Positions 23,380-38,080 of a stretch of DNA of 64,000 bases are shown in pieces. Each line of letters opens with the position of its first letter. Position 1 is the stretch's first letter. The notes beneath the pieces were generated by a model. That model was not told the DNA's origin. It saw only the letters and a list, made by a program, of their open reading frames with translations, and did not search any database. Location: positions 152,334,001 through 152,398,000 of the forward strand of contig OZ024741.1 in NCBI GenBank assembly GCA_964016885.1, given 5' to 3'. This DNA comes from Eledone cirrhosa (Eukaryota). Both the position numbers and the translations under genes were made by a program.

Positions 23380-26300
23380 CATTATCGTTTAACATTCATC
23401 TTCCACGCTAGCATGGGTCTGGACGGGAATTGTCCCACTTGAGGCAAGATTGGTTGTCTTGCTCGGGACTGTCTGGCGGGTTTTCTACGGCTGGATGCCC
23501 TTCCTAACACCAACCACGTTTACAGTGTGGACTGGGAGGTTTTTACTGTGTTACCTACATGGCCACATTACAGCGTGGACTGTGTTTTTTTTGTCGTGAC
23601 ACCTACACGATCTCATTTATTTAGGACTGGATGTTGTGATACCAACATAGCTTTACATCGAAAGGGGTAGTGTAGAGGGCAGTGGGGGTAGGGGTAGTGG
23701 GACGGGGGTGTGTTTTGGTTAAGAGGTGCCTACCGACTGAAGGTTTCGCTTTGTACTTAGGTTTCACTTTGTAGCACCAAAGATCTCAGTCCAGTGACAT
23801 TGTCTTGGAGAGGTGTAAGTGTGTGAGGTCGGAATTTATCAAGTCATCCCAGGTTTTTCTGGGTCTGCCTACTCCGTAGCTACCGTCTATTTTGATCGCC
23901 CTGCACTTTTTTATAGAGCTATCGTCTTTCATGTGCATCACGTGACCATACCAACGTAGTCTTTTCTCGAGTAAACAGCATCTGATCCCTCTTATTCCTA
24001 ATTTCTCAGTTCATTTATGCTTTGTCGTTCGCGTATGTTACTATTACACATCCAAGCATGCAAGCTTCGTTCCAGTCTGCGTAGATCCTCTGCACACAAG
24101 GACCATGTCTCACTGCCATGTAACATCGCTGTTCATATGCAGGCATCATACAGCCTGCCCTTCATTTTTAGAGAGAAACCCTTAGCGGTCAATAGTGCTA
24201 TAAGCTCTCTGAACTTTTTCCATCCCGTTCTGACCCTAGCTACAGTACTTTCGGAGCACCCTCCACCACTGCTGATTTTGTCACCCAGGTAACGGAAGGT
24301 GTCCACTATTTCTATAGAACCATCTGGGCAATGGAATGAGTTATTATTCTGTGAGCATTTGCTGCTACTTATTGCACCAGAACACCGGCCACATATAAAA
24401 TCTATATTCTTAGTTAGCTTACCTGTGATCCCACTACATCTTTTATGTACCCATACTTTGCATTTGGGACATAAAATAGAGTTGCTGCCTACTCCTTTCC
24501 TACTCACTGAGCATGGCCATTTCCCAGATGGGTTCAGTGCCCTATTCTCCTTCCTACATATTAGAACTTTAGTCTTAGACAAGTTAATTTTAAGGCCTTT
24601 TGATTCTAGGCCATGCTTCAATGTTTGGAATTTCTTCTCTAGTTCAGCCATTGATTCGGCTATGAGCGTTAGATCCTCTGCGTATAGAAGTTCCCATGGG
24701 CAGCCGGTCTTGAACTCCTCCGTTATAGCTTGGAGGGCGATAATAAATAGGAAGAGGCTAAGGACGGAGCCCTGATGAACACCAACTTTTACGCTAAACT
24801 CTTCACTATATTCGTTGTTAACTCTAACCTTGCTGACTGTTTCTTTATACAAGGCTTGAATAGCTCTCACAAGCCATTCATCAACACCTAGTTTTCTGAG
24901 AGCCCACCAGATAATGGGGTGTGGCACTGTCAAAGGCTTTCTCCAAGTCAACAAAAGCTAAGTATAGGGGTTTACTTTTAGCTAGGTACTTCTCCTGTAG
25001 TTGTCGTACAATGAGCATCTGTGGTACTTTTACCTGACACAAACCCGAACTGCATTTCAACTAGATCAATTCGCTCTCTGATTAGGTGTGCTATTACTTT
25101 TTCTGTGACCTTCATGACCTGGTCAATTAATTTAATGCCTCTATAGTTTCCCCTATCTAAGGCATCTCCTTTACCCTTGTAGCAGTTAATGATGATGCTG
25201 CTACACCAGCCCTTTGGTACGACCCCATTATGTATGACTTGGTTTACTATCCGGGTGACCATAGTGTGTCCCACCGTTCCAGATGCTTTCAGCATTTCAG
25301 CAACTATTTCCGAAGGTCCAGCCGCTTTGCCCGTCTTCATATCTTTGATTGCCTTACTTATTATACTACCTTCAACTTGCACTGCTGGTCCCTCTATTGG
25401 ATCGATGTGGGGGAGACTGTCTTTCTCCCATTTATTCTCATTTAGTAGCCTTTCGTAGTGACACTTCCAAGCTACCTTCTTATCAGCGTCAGTGATGGCA
25501 AGTACACCATCATCATTAAGGACACACTTCTCCCCGACAATATCACGGTTTTCCTTGACACATTGCATAGCAATCCTGAACACCTCATGTTTTTGGTTCT
25601 CGCGTTGTAGAACATGCTTGAACTTTCTTTCCTCTACTTCCCTTCTTGCGAAGTACACTTGTCTCCTAGCTTCCCTCCTGGCTACTCGATAGTGTTCTCT
25701 ACATCCCCCATCCCGCCATACTTTCCAAGCCTGCTTTTTGGCCTTGATCGACTCCTCCACCTTACTATTCCACCACCAAGTTACTCTCCTCCTGCCTATA
25801 GGTCTGCTCCAGCCACAGATTTCATCTGTCGCCTTCAGCAGGTTAGCTTTCAGGAATTCCCACTGTTCCTCTATATTGTACGACTAATTGCTCTTCCTTT
25901 CTGTCAAAAGCATCAAGTAATATGCTTTTAAATTTATTACTGGCTGTGGGGTCCTTTAACTTCCATATTTTTCTCCCGAGGATAGTCCTCCTCTGTTGTC
26001 GAGTATGTCTCGTCCTGACTATGAGGTTGCTAACTATGAGGCTATGTTGGGAGGTGCATTCTTCATGGGTGAGGGATTTAGTGTTTACAACAGACACTGT
26101 CTCTGGTAAGGATATAATCTATCTGACTGGTGTGTTCCCCTGATCTATAGGTGATCAGGTGATTGTCTCGTTTTTTGAAGTTTGGGTTACAGATAGTTAG
26201 GTTATTTGCGTCACAGAATTCCAGGATTCTGGAGCCTTCCTCATTTCTAGTACCAAACCCATAGCCTCCATGGATTCCGTCATAGCCGTCACAGTGTTGT

Positions 26301-27298
26301 CCAACGTGACCATTTAGGTTGCCAGCAATAATTATATAGTCACTGACTCATAGAATCTGTCTCTTATAATGCCAGGCAGTCCAGATTGGGGTGCATACGC
26401 AGATATTATTGTCACAGTAGTTCTATTGAGGACAAGACTTATTTTAATTATTCTGTCGTTCACTCTATTTACGTCTATTATCTTATCTACCCATTTTTCT
26501 GCTACCATGATTCCTACTCTATCCAGCCCATTGTCATTTCCCACCCAGAAAAGCTTATAGCATCGTTTTTTTACCCACAATGAATCTAGCAGACCCACCC
26601 CTCCACCTGAATACAGCAAACATCAACCTCCTTACGCTCAAGCATCTCTACAACCTCGTTAGAGCGACCTTTTAAGGTGCCTACATTCATAGTACCAACT
26701 CTGATGTTTTGGATTGCATTTGGTGGGTGGGAAGGATGGGGCGCAGGGCGGGGTGAGGGGATGGGGCTATGTTAGCCATCCGCAGCCAAAATAAAGAGGA
26801 GGAGTTCTTGCATTCTCGTCCGGCAGCATGAGGTGAATTTGTCTTTATCTTTGGCATTGTCACTGAGTGTCCAGATTTTTGCAGACTCTCCAGAATTCCG
26901 TAGTCCATCCATCATATCGAAAGGCAACCAGGTCTAAACTTAAGTGATAACATAGGTCGCTAGATTATGATTGGTCCAAATAATAATGGTGGCGATTGGG
27001 GGCGGGGGGGGGGGGGGGATCTGGGATAGTTAGCGAGAAGGTTATAAAATAAAATCCACGAATTTTGGCCATAATCGAACGAGCATATAACTAATAAGAG
27101 AAGAATTATGGGATTTTAAAATACAAGAAGATTATTTTGAATGATCAGACAGAATTATCGAATAGCATTGAAACAGAAAAGATTGGATTCTGGACAATGA
27201 TACAGATAGATGAATGGACCGGGGAACATGGAGACGAGAAAAATAGGATTCGTACATTACATTTCACAGAAGAGCAAGCGAGTGAGCGATGTAGCCAA
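23380..27298 (-). mobile_element. Near full-length decayed RTE-A copy 2 (probable 5' UTR, APE, RT with PHD-type finger, 3' UTR)
   Basis: APE start VGTMNVGTL at about 26700, SAYAPQSGL, RT ORFs 24978..25760 and 24133..24954, zinc finger at 24382-24513, 3' UTR at 23380-23760. Multiple frameshifts. The 5' boundary is inferred from the adjacent TA repeat. Confidence 0.9.
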
Positions 27299-28054
27299 AT
27301 ATATATATAATTTATATATATAATATGTATATATATAATTCATATAATTCAGTTGATGAAAGTTGGTTGATAATATAATTAGCCAACTCTTTTGTAAACA
27401 GATGTAAAGCACTCAACGATTTGTATTCCTTAGGATTTTCTCAGTAAGATATTGACCAGAGATTCAATATAATAAATAAGAGAGACAGTTTTATTATTTT
27501 TATATATATATTTTACAAATATGTGTTTAAAATATTGTGCTAAATACATGTTTAAAATGAGTTCTAAATACTGGTGGGTAGAGTGTATAAATTTATTTTC
27601 TAATAAAATTGGGCATGACTTTGAAGTTTTAGCTTGATCACTCCACTTAGCACACACACATTACACACACATGCACACTATTCTTGCTGTAGAATGAAAT
27701 CTAAGAAGCTACACCCACTCCAACAACTACTGGCCGGAAAATCTGGTTTGTAACTCATTAGCAGTTGTCTCCAGTCTCCAACTAATCTTCAAGTTCTGAA
27801 GATTAATTTCTATGTCTTTAGATGTATGAGTGTGTGATACACACACACACACACATATATATATCATAAAACCGTCAACTGTATTATCTTGAACATATAT
27901 AAATCTACAACAAGCCAATGCTATCCACGAACTCAAGCAAATACAATCTATAACCCTTATTCAATCTCTTTACTGCTGGTGCCACAAAAAAATCCAGTAT
28001 ACATTGTAAGGTTGCTAGCATTAGAAAGAGCATCCAACCATAGGAACTATGCCA

Positions 28055-28400
28055 AATCCCGCCAAGGTTAACTTTGCCTTTCATCCTTACGGGGGTCAAT
28101 AAAATAAAGTACCAGTAATGCACTGGGTAATTGCTGGCCTTGTGCCAAAAGTAGAAACAATTATTATTAAGGCGGTGGCTTGACAGTATCGGTAGAGCGT
28201 CAGATACTGTGATTCGTGGCATAGAGTTACGCCTTTACGTTCTGAGTTCAAATCCTGCCAAGGTAAGCTTTGCCTTTCATCCTTACGGAATCGATGAAAT
28301 AAAGTACCAGTAATGCACTGGGGTCGAGTTAATCGACTTTCTCCTCCCCTTCAAATTGCTGGCCTTGTGCCTAAATCAGAAACAATTATTATTATTATCA
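28055..28400 (+). mobile_element. Two tandem Meta-like SINE copies (one 5'-truncated, one full-length)
   Basis: The full copy starts ggcggtggcttgacagtatcggtagagcgtc at about 28170; B box gagttcaaatcc; (att)n tail. Confidence 0.85.
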
Positions 28401-28929
28401 TTACTATCTCTCTATCTACCTAAACCCCACCGCCGTTCACTTTTCTTTTTTCTATTCACTCTATGGAACATATGAACATGATGGGTCATTGTAACCTCTC
28501 TGATCTTGGACTGTAACAACTCATCCAAAATATACCAGCATAGAAAGTGGACATAAATAGATGGTGATGTCTATACACACAGACAGATACACAGTCATAT
28601 GCACATGTATGGGAGATTCGAGTACACAACCAAAGACATCAGTGCTTTATGTCTCAACAACGTTGCATTGAGACATGAGAATTCTTAAGGAAGCTGAAGC
28701 TCATGTCACCTGGCTGTAAAACACCTTCCACACATCAAGAACAACTGGCAGAAAAAGCAGCCTGTTAGAAGTAGCTACCAAATCACACCCTATGGTCTTA
28801 GAAAAGAAAGGAGACCTTGGTTAAATTAAATTTATTCTTAGATTCACTTAGAATGACACAATGAAGGTTGGGGATAATCACAACTGCAATGTGTAGTTAT
28901 GGTGTTGGACTTATGAACATCACATTTGC

Positions 28930-30150
28930 CCACTTATTCCTGAGAGAGCCATGCAGGTAGAGTCCTCAAACACTCCTTCCATAGTGTCTTGTCAGACGTA
29001 ACCGTCTCTAATCCAGCTGTATCCCCAATCCCCAAGTGAGACCAGCCGAGCTCATGGATATTAACCAGCCATCTTGCTAAGGGTCTACCCTTGGGTCTCC
29101 TGCCAGTTAGTTTTGCCCATAAAATCTGTCCAGTGATTATTTCTTGAAAAATTCTAACCACAAGCCCATAATATTGGAGCTATGATCTCTGTTTGGAGAA
29201 GTAATGGCTCTATTGGAGTGACTGATCGCTGAGCTATGCATTCTATCAAGTAATGTTACTCCAAAGATCCTCCAGAGGATCCCAATTTCAGTTGTTTGTA
29301 TTTGCAATCGTATTCTTTTAGTCATTACTCAAGATTCATGACCATATGTAAGGGTTAGCATGAATACCGAATTGAAGATAGCGAGTTTGGCTTTTTACAC
29401 CTACCTCTTCTGATTACCAAATGCTGAAGCTTGTGCATTACTGCACCAGCTCCTGCAATTCTTGCACTTAATTCAGCTTCCTGCCTTCCATCACTCATGA
29501 ACATGGCCCTGAGATACTTGAACTTCTCCACATGCTTCAGTGGAACTCCATTCCTATGTAGAGGATCATGCCGGCTTCCATGAGAGGACAAGTATCACTG
29601 TCTTCGCAGCATGATTTTCATTCCAGCTGTGCAACACTTGACATCAAATCTATCAATCATGTCAGAGATCACCTTCTGGCGAGTTAAGTAATACGATTTT
29701 GTCTGCAAATTCCAGCCGACTGATCCTACACCCACCAATCATGATATCACTTTCGACCCAGTTGCACATGTCAAATAGGATTATCACTCCTGATTGCCAT
29801 TGTTTAGGTGTCTTTTCAGAGATCCAAGCCACCCAACACACATTAGTCAGCCAGAGAATACTTCTCTATTTATGGCTTTTAACATCTAATTTCATCCTCC
29901 CTAGTGGCCTTGCCATATCTGAGCTCTTTAATTGCTTTTGTGACTTCAGTATCCAAAAGATTAATCATCACTCCCAGGTACACTTCATATCAGAAGATGA
30001 TTTTAGGAGTTCAGTAAAGTATACTCTCCACCTTGCAAGTAAGCAACTCTCTGAAGAGAGGAGAACCTCTGACAAGTTCCTTATAGTAGGTAAGGGAAGG
30101 ACTTCTTATTACAAAGTTGTCAGATGGTCTGCCAGAACACTTTATCTGCA
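28930..30150 (-). mobile_element. Decayed RTE LINE, Rex3/Expander-like (family RTE-D), with an internal deletion
   Basis: VEKFKYL...DGRQEAELSARI, MTKRIRLQIQTTEIGILWRIFGVTLLDR and RRPKGRP..RW. 29780-30080 is homologous to 33890-34220. Confidence 0.8.
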
Positions 30151-30959
30151 GATATGATGGCGAATGCCAGCTTAAACGCATAATATTGTAATATTGGAGG
30201 TTAGATTCTTAGAACAGCATTAGCTGAAGAGGGGTCAGGTAATCATGGCTTCCTGTCTGGAGGGGACAAACTAATTGAAATATTTCCCACCCTATGATCC
30301 CCTGAATCATAGCTGACCTCAGATGAAACAACTACTACAGCTGGCATGAAAATGTGCGTGCTATGGGGTTACGCCATCAGAAGTGACTTGTATTTTTTTT
30401 AAATATAAAATATTAACATATCCATATAGATGTGCGTTAATAGTATGCACTGAATTTGAGGGTGTGAGGGTGTATGTGTGAGCGAGTGTGTGTGTGTGCG
30501 CGTGTAAATACATATGTGTGAATATGTATGATTGTTATGAGTGTGTTGTGTGTGTATTTAAGATTGATATGATACATTAACAGTTATCAAACATTGAATA
30601 TTATATTGACTGATATATGATATACATTCATCATCATCTTCGTTTAACGCCCATCTTCCACGCTAGCATGGGTTAGACTTCATATCTTAAATCTCTCTCT
30701 CCCATAAAACCATCCAGTGACATCACTCAACATCTCACTCTCACCAGCAAACATATAGTTGCCATTATTGTTCCTTCTTTATCATTCCTCCCATTCTGCT
30801 CTATCCAGTACCGCTCCCTCCTCTAGTATAGTTCACTCCACTTTGTTCCACCCACCATATTGTCACTCTGCTCACCCTGATCCTTGTCCTGTCATTGCTC
30901 TCTCTCTTCTTTCCTATTAACCCCGCTTAGAGATTCTGTGGAGTAGTGAAAATGCTTTA

Positions 30960-31350
30960 GTCTTACAGGACACAAGGTAACTTTGTGATGGTGCCACAAT
31001 AAACTGCACTGAGTACACTTTGCAAAGTGGTTTGTGAACTAGTGGACAGAATGTAGTTATGAGGACCCTTCATTCTGGTGAGAGCATGACAATCTCTCTG
31101 GTGTTGATGCCACAATAAAACTTAACCACTCTAAAAAGTTTTTGGTGAACAAGCAGAGACAATGTGCTGTTGAGAGGACCTATTAACCTGGTGCCAAAAT
31201 AAAAACACAATGCTAATGTTAGAAAGGTCCTGTAACTATATAAACCATGCTAAAAGTGGAAAATATGAGCAAGAGGAAGGGCAGTTACTGAACGAATTGG
31301 GGATGACTTGCACCATGAAGACCTGCCAAACCCATGCCAATATAAAAAAG
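30960..31350 (+). mobile_element. Highly decayed SINE/RTE-tail element with ggtgccac subrepeats
   Basis: Three gtgccacaataaa-like units, a degenerate gttagaaagg..cc...taaacc motif and an acccatgcc...ggat tail. Confidence 0.45.
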
Positions 31351-32211
31351 GATGGATAGAGACCTATAGAATAATGTGCTACATAAAGTAAGCAAAATGA
31401 CTATGTAATTATTGGTGTTATAGGGATCCTGCAGTAGCATACAGCATATCTTCAGCATTTTAAACCCAGCAGAGTCCATCATCTCTTCATGTCTGAACAG
31501 AAGCAGTTCCTTCCTTGCAAGTGAGCAAGCGAGTGAGTGCAATAGGGATGAAGAACCGACCCTAGTACTGGACTGGTACTTTTATTTTCCTCAAAACGAT
31601 GAAAGGCATAGTTGACATCAGATTTGAATTCAGAGTGAAGAGATCTGCAACGAATACCTAAAAACTTTCTATTTGCCACCTCAATAAGATTAATATGTAG
31701 TCAAAGTATAGAAACACAAACTCTTCTTTAGATCAAGAATACTGAATTGTGTAAAGAAGTATTGTGTGTGTAGGTGTGTTATTATTGTTTAATGTCCATT
31801 TTCCATGGACAGATTGTCACATTATGTGTCTAGTCAAATCAGGTAACCATACCTTACTCATTTGGATCTGTATTTTCATTTGATTTTTACAGCTGGATGA
31901 CCTTAAAGCCAACCACATTACTGATAGAGAGAAATGAGGTTTGCTACCTCATAATGGCCTTTACCCAATTTCATAAGCTATTTATAGCAACCACATTGTC
32001 AAAGCTCTTTCGTCACATTCCATGACCTTCTCAATGACTAATTTGTTATTTTGTGTCTCTCCTTTGTTTTGTCCTATACCATCTTGTTTTTTTTTTGTGT
32101 GTAGTGTGCACCTGTTTTTATTGGCAGAATGACTCTCCCAAAGTATAACAATATCTGTTTCACACATTTTCAGATAAGAAATCTTGCAAAACAAAGTATA
32201 TATAAATATAC

Positions 32212-32523
32212 ATCAACTGGAAATTGATTGACATATATATATATATTTATTTAAAATAAACACATGAAACAATCACGGGCTAATTTGTAAAGTGTGTAAT
32301 CACACATAGCTAGGTAGGTAACTAATTAAAGTATAACTAGAGCTTCAAATATTACCTTTTAAAAAATGATTTAAAAGGTAATATTTGAAGCTCTAGTTAT
32401 ACTTTAATTAGTTACCTACCTAGCTATGTGTGATTACACACTTTACAAATTATCCCCTGTGATTGTTTCATGTGTTTATTTTAAATATATATATATATAT
32501 ATGTCAATCAATTTCTAGTTGAT
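32212..32523. repeat. Near-perfect palindrome, about 152-bp arms with a 6-nt spacer (32364-32369)
   Basis: ...actagagcttcaaatattaccttttaaa|aaatga|tttaaaaggtaatatttgaagctctagt...; complementarity extends out to atcaac/gttgat with few mismatches. Confidence 0.95.
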
Positions 32524-32648
32524 ATAAAATGCTCGGATCTATTCATTGGAATCTTTGAACTTATTCTACGGTGGATATGGCGCATGTCTCGGACATGACT
32601 CCCTTAATTTAATTTAATTTAATTTAATTTAAATATATATAAGTTATT

Positions 32649-32764
32649 CCGGGTTCAATTGGGGTAACCACAGTAAGTAAGGTACTCAATACATAGAGTA
32701 TAAATGTTTTAATATAGAAAAGCTTCTACAGAACTAGAACTGTTTCATTCGTGAAAAATCATCA
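32649..32764 (-). mobile_element. Short hammerhead-bearing repeat, truncated copy (see 50883-51006)
   Basis: High similarity to 50883-50998; cut off by (TA)n within the CUGAUGA core. Confidence 0.75.
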
Positions 32765-33679
32765 TATATATATATAGATATATATATACTTCGTTTTGTA
32801 TTTGTTTTGCATATATATATATATATATATAAAATTAAAAAATGAAACAAACAAAACACAGGAGGCAAATTTACAGAATTATATTAGGTTCATGCTGGGA
32901 GGAAATGCAGGAGGTTTCAACGTGTGTATTATATGTGTGCGCGCATGTGCGTATGATGATGATGATGATGATGACAAATACACACCTACAATACCCCCCC
33001 CCCTCCGTGTAGAAGTAGGGTGTGTTAATCTACTTGACTAACATCCAGCTAATAGATTTATTCATGGGATGGATTAACAGATCCACATAGTTTATGAGCT
33101 GATTTAGAACACCATCATCATCAGCAGCAATAGCAGTGGTGGTGGTGGTGGTGGTGGTAGTGGTGGTGGTGGTAGTGGTGGTGGTGGTAGTGGTGGAGAT
33201 GGTGGTAAAGAGGACAGTAAACAGAAAAAGGGAAATATCAAAACTACTTACACCACCATTATCATTATCATCACAGACAGCAATATGACAATGCCTCTTT
33301 TGCTAGAATCTAGTGGTTTATATTAAAGTTTACTTACTTGACTGCCAGGTAGACAGACAAGTAGAAAATGACGGGGAGGGGGGGGGGGTAGGAAGGTTTG
33401 ACATTTATTGGTAGAAATTTATATCTAATATAAAAGATAAGAAAACATGGGAAATGGGAAATGTAACACACACACACACACATATATATATATACACACA
33501 CAAACATATCCAACACACACTGTAAATATGGTTGGCATTGGGAATGGCATCCAGCCGTAGAAACCTACCTAGACATGAGCAAGACACGGTCACCTGACCC
33601 GACTTGATTCTAATCGGGCAACCCGCCTACCCCATACTAGCGTAGAAAATGGACGATAAACAATGACATACGTATATAC

Positions 33680-35115
33680 ATATACTTCCATGATTTCTCG
33701 AAGACCTGCTTCAGTATGGATATTTGGTGGTCTGTGCTATGTCCGGGGTGAAAACCACAGTTCATCAGTTTAGACTCAACAATCTCCCAACATCTCTTTG
33801 CTAGACACTTAGCATAAGCTCTACCGGGGAGGCTTAACAAGGAGATCCCTCTATAATTGAAGCAATCTCTCTTGTCTCCTGTTTTGAAAATTGGGATATC
33901 ACTCCCAATTGCCATTGCATAGGTGCCTTTTCAAAGACCCAGGCCACCCAGCACACATGAATCAGCCAAAGAATACCTTCTCTATTTAAGGCTTTTAACA
34001 TCTCAGGCTGAATTTCATCCTTCCTAGTGGCCTTACCACAATTGAGCTCTTTAATTGCTCTCGACACCACAGCCTCTGAGAGACTAGTCATTGCTCCCAA
34101 ATGTACCTCATGTACATCAGAAGATGCTGTTGTGATCAGGTTAAGGAGATCAGCAAAGTATTCTTTCCACCTCGCAAGGATGCACCTCTCTGAAGAGAGG
34201 AAAGCCCCAGATATGTTCCTGATAGCAGGTGTGGAGGAAGACTTCGATTAAGTGTAAGAAGTAGGAATTATTTCCAACCCAAGCTTTGTAGGCCTCATTT
34301 TTTGCTTGGATGCCTGCCATCTTTGACTGTTTGATTGCACCAAGGGGTCCTCATGTTATTTGGTGCCACACCAAGCCTCTTTCACCTGCAGCATTTAACA
34401 GCTGAAGTAGAAACTGCTGAGCTGAACAATTTCCACTCTGTCTCAATGTTCTTAGTTTGCTCAGGGAGTTCTCTAAATTTGGATGCAATAATATCTACAG
34501 ACCTAGTCCTCTCTTCCTTATCCACCAATGCTTCCCACTTCATCCTGTAGGACGTCCTGGACCTGCCAGCTTTTTGAGCTTCTTGGCATTAGTTAGTCTC
34601 AAGTTGCAGATAACTAGATGGTGATCAGTTGACAGCTCAGCCCCTCTCTTAATACAAACATCCAGCACAGAATCAAAGAGATCAGAGACAATAACAAAAT
34701 CAATTATTGATCTCTGTCCCTGATTCCCCTTATACCATGTATATTTATGGATGCCTCTCTGCTGGAAAAAGGTGTTCATAATAAAGTTCATTGCCAGAAC
34801 AGAAGTCTAATAAAGCATCTCTATTCGTATTTATATTGGGATAGCCATTCCTTCCAATCACCCCCTTCCAGATCAGATGGTCTGTGTCAACATGTGCATT
34901 TAAGTCTCCCGTCAGGATATATGGTTCAGACATAACTACATCAAATTCTGCAGTGACTTCAAGGAAGGACCTGTATTTGGACTTTTTTGTTTGGAGCTTC
35001 AGTGTCCCCACTCCCACCTGTCAATTCATTCCTGGTACCACATCTGAATAGTGGAGTTTCCATCTTCCATCCAAATCTACAATACCAGAGCCATGAAACT
35101 TTGAGGAAATCCCCA
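33680..35115 (-). mobile_element. Decayed RTE-D (Rex3/Expander-like) APE to early RT fragment
   Basis: ILTGDLNAHV, KYTWY..QRSIIDFVIVS, KRGAELSTDHHLV and NYRGISLLSLPGRAYAKCL. Confidence 0.85.
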
Positions 35116-35146
<31 letters not shown>

Positions 35147-35152
35147 CACGCA

Positions 35153-35480
35153 CACAGTTGTCCCCCATTATTCGTTGGAGTCACGCTCCTAGAGCACCCG
35201 CGAAGAGTAAAAAACGGCGAATTTGGATGTGGTCCATAAAATGCCTATAAACATCAAAATATAACGTAAAATAGAATAAAAGAGGGAACATCTTATGCAA
35301 AGGGACGTCCAATAGGCTAAGCAAATACAGTATATTGTTGTTAGTAATTTAGTTTTAAAAAATATATATTGTCACGAAAAAAGCCCTAAAAACAATTGCG
35401 GAAGATATTTATGATTCTGCGAATATGTGGTGGTTTCTACGAACAGTTATTAGTTAGGTTCAAAGGAAAATTCCACGAAT
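35153..35480. mobile_element. Possible Tigger/pogo-type MITE remnant
   Basis: Begins cagttgtcccccattattcg...cacccgcgaa...aaacggcgaat, resembling MER2/Tigger termini from memory. No second TIR could be confirmed. Confidence 0.3.
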
Positions 35481-37091
35481 AACCATATGTTACGTTACCA
35501 CACACACACGGTTGTCCTTGGTATTCAATATAAACATTAAGTCGTTCTGTCCACATTTAGTCCAACCCATGCCAACATGAAAAACAGTTGTATAATGAGA
35601 GAGAAAGTGTAGGATATATGATCTACTACACTGAATTGGCTTTACATACCAAGTCAACTATGTACATCCAAAGATTACACAACACACACAACACAACACA
35701 ACACACACAACACACACACTATCATGTCTACAATGTGCATCCATAGATTACAACAACAATGTTCTCATCATGACACTTCAGTTTTCTATTGTGTGCTTCC
35801 ATAGTATTTCATTATATTAAATACCTAATACACAATCTACTTAGATTGATTGCTGGCAACACAGACCACCACCAACACCATTATTATCCACAACTATGAC
35901 AACACCACCACCACAAAACAACACTACTACACCAATACCATCACCACCACCACAAACCCTAGAATTCAAGTAATTATCATTGACAAAACTTAAAACAATA
36001 ACAATAACAGCCATCCCCCTCTTCCACTGTACCTCTGGTGTTGATTCATGGGAAGTTCAGAACAATAGATCTGCCCCTTCCACCACCACTACCACCACCC
36101 TGCTGGGATTAGGATTACTAGAGGAAAAAAGTAAAGCTCTACATTGTGGAACAATACACAAATTTAGAAAATTAAATAAAGATAAGACAATGTAACACAA
36201 GTGAGCAGTGAATGAGAGAGAGAGTGAGAGAGAGAGTGCGTGCATGCATGCGTGCGTGCGTGTAAGAGTGGACCAATAATGATGACAATAGCATTGAATG
36301 TATTTGAGACTAGGATTGGTATGCCATATACACCAGGATTACTAGAAATTTGTGTTTTGTTAAGATTACAATAAAGTTTATGTTGATTACTGGCAACTGG
36401 AAGTGATTCAAATTAAAAATATTTTAATAATACAACACACAGGAATATGGTGGACCTATTCTAAAAACAAGGATTCGCATGGATAATCATTTTATGGTTC
36501 ATTTCCATGTGTATGTTGTGTGTGTATAATATATATATATATATTTATATATATATCATAGATTGAGTTAGAAACTCAAAATAGTCTTTTACAATTAAAT
36601 AGCTCAAAGAAGGGAATCTTTCCGAGCCGTGTAATATAATTGGATATATGAGAGGGATGAACACAGATATAACTATACATTTGCCTGATATAGGTTTGTT
36701 ATTTTTATTGATTTATTATGTTAAATCGAGTCAGGCAAACCATATTGTTTTAAATTAGTATTTTTCAACCTAGCTAACTTGGTCATTTATATATATATAT
36801 ATATATATATATTTACACACACTCACACCTTTTATTTTTTACTGGTTTCACTCATTAGACTGTGGCCATGCTGGGACACTGCCTTCATTTAATATCTCTT
36901 TTTTTGTCAAACTGATATATATATATCATCATTCAATGTCCATTGTCAATATTAGGAAGGGGTGTGTGTGTGTGTGTGTGTGTGTGTGTAAGGGTAAGTT
37001 GAGTAGGGGTGGATAAGGAAAATAAAAATAACGACGATGAAAACTCTCAAACTAGCAATCTTCTTAAAGTATAATTGTAACTATGGGTCTG

Positions 37092-37135
<44 letters not shown>

Positions 37136-37279
37136 GTAGTTAATACTAAGTATTGCAAGATATGAATTAAATGACTGCTAAATTTCAGAAAGCCAGTACA
37201 ATGTGATAGAAGTACTATATACTCTCAAATATAAGGTGAGAAATATGTGAATATAAAAAAAATTGATCAATTGCCTCAA

Positions 37280-38080
37280 CAGTATCAGCTTATGCACCCA
37301 ATCAGGGTTGCCAGACGAACTTAAGGATAGGTTTTACGAGTCCCTAATGCACCCTACTGCCCTAACAAACAACAATGACTTCCTAATCATTGCCGGAGAT
37401 TTTAACGGACAAGTTGGTAAACACTGTGACAGCTTCTATAGAGTCCATGGAGGCCACGGGTTTGGCACAATAAATGAAGAAGGCTTCAGGCTTCTGGAAT
37501 TCTGCGACACCAATGACATGTCGATGTGTAACACAAACTTCAAAAAATCCGACAACCATCTGATCACCTATAGATCAAGGGAGCATTCTAGTCAGAAAGA
37601 TTTTATCCTCATCAGAGGGCGTGATAGATCATGGTTGTAAACACAAAAGCCTTCCCTGGTGAGGAATGTACCTCCCAACATAACTTAGTTGTCAGCGACC
37701 TCACTGTCAAAACTAAACGAACTTGGAAATAGAAGGCAACCTGGAGAAGAAAGATCTGCAAGCTGAAAGACCCCTCAGTCAGTAACAGGTTTAAAGACAT
37801 TCTATTCGACGCCCTTGACAGTAAAGAAGAACAGATAGAGACATTCAATGTACAAGAGCACTGGAAGTTCCTAAAAAATAATTTACTAAAGGCGAAGGAC
37901 GAGATCTGTGGTTGGAGCAAGTCCACAGGGAGGAAGAGAGTGACTTTGTGGTGGAACAATAAGGTAGATGAGGCAGTTAAGGTTAAGAGACAGGCATGGA
38001 AAGAATGGAGGAACAGGGTAGCAGGGTACATTACATAGAGATCAGGAGAAAGCTAGGCAACAAGTATACTTAGCTAGAAG
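37280..38080 (+). mobile_element. RTE-A fragment (APE C-terminus and linker)
   Basis: QSGLPDELKDRFYESL, IIAGDFNGQVG, LLEFCDTN, LITYRS. It is an inverted homolog of 40975-41505. Confidence 0.88.

Noticed and set aside
31285-31542. Possible exon (RHEEMMDSAGFKMLKICCMLLQD)
   Set aside because: No recognisable homology or clear donor site, and it overlaps repeat fragments.
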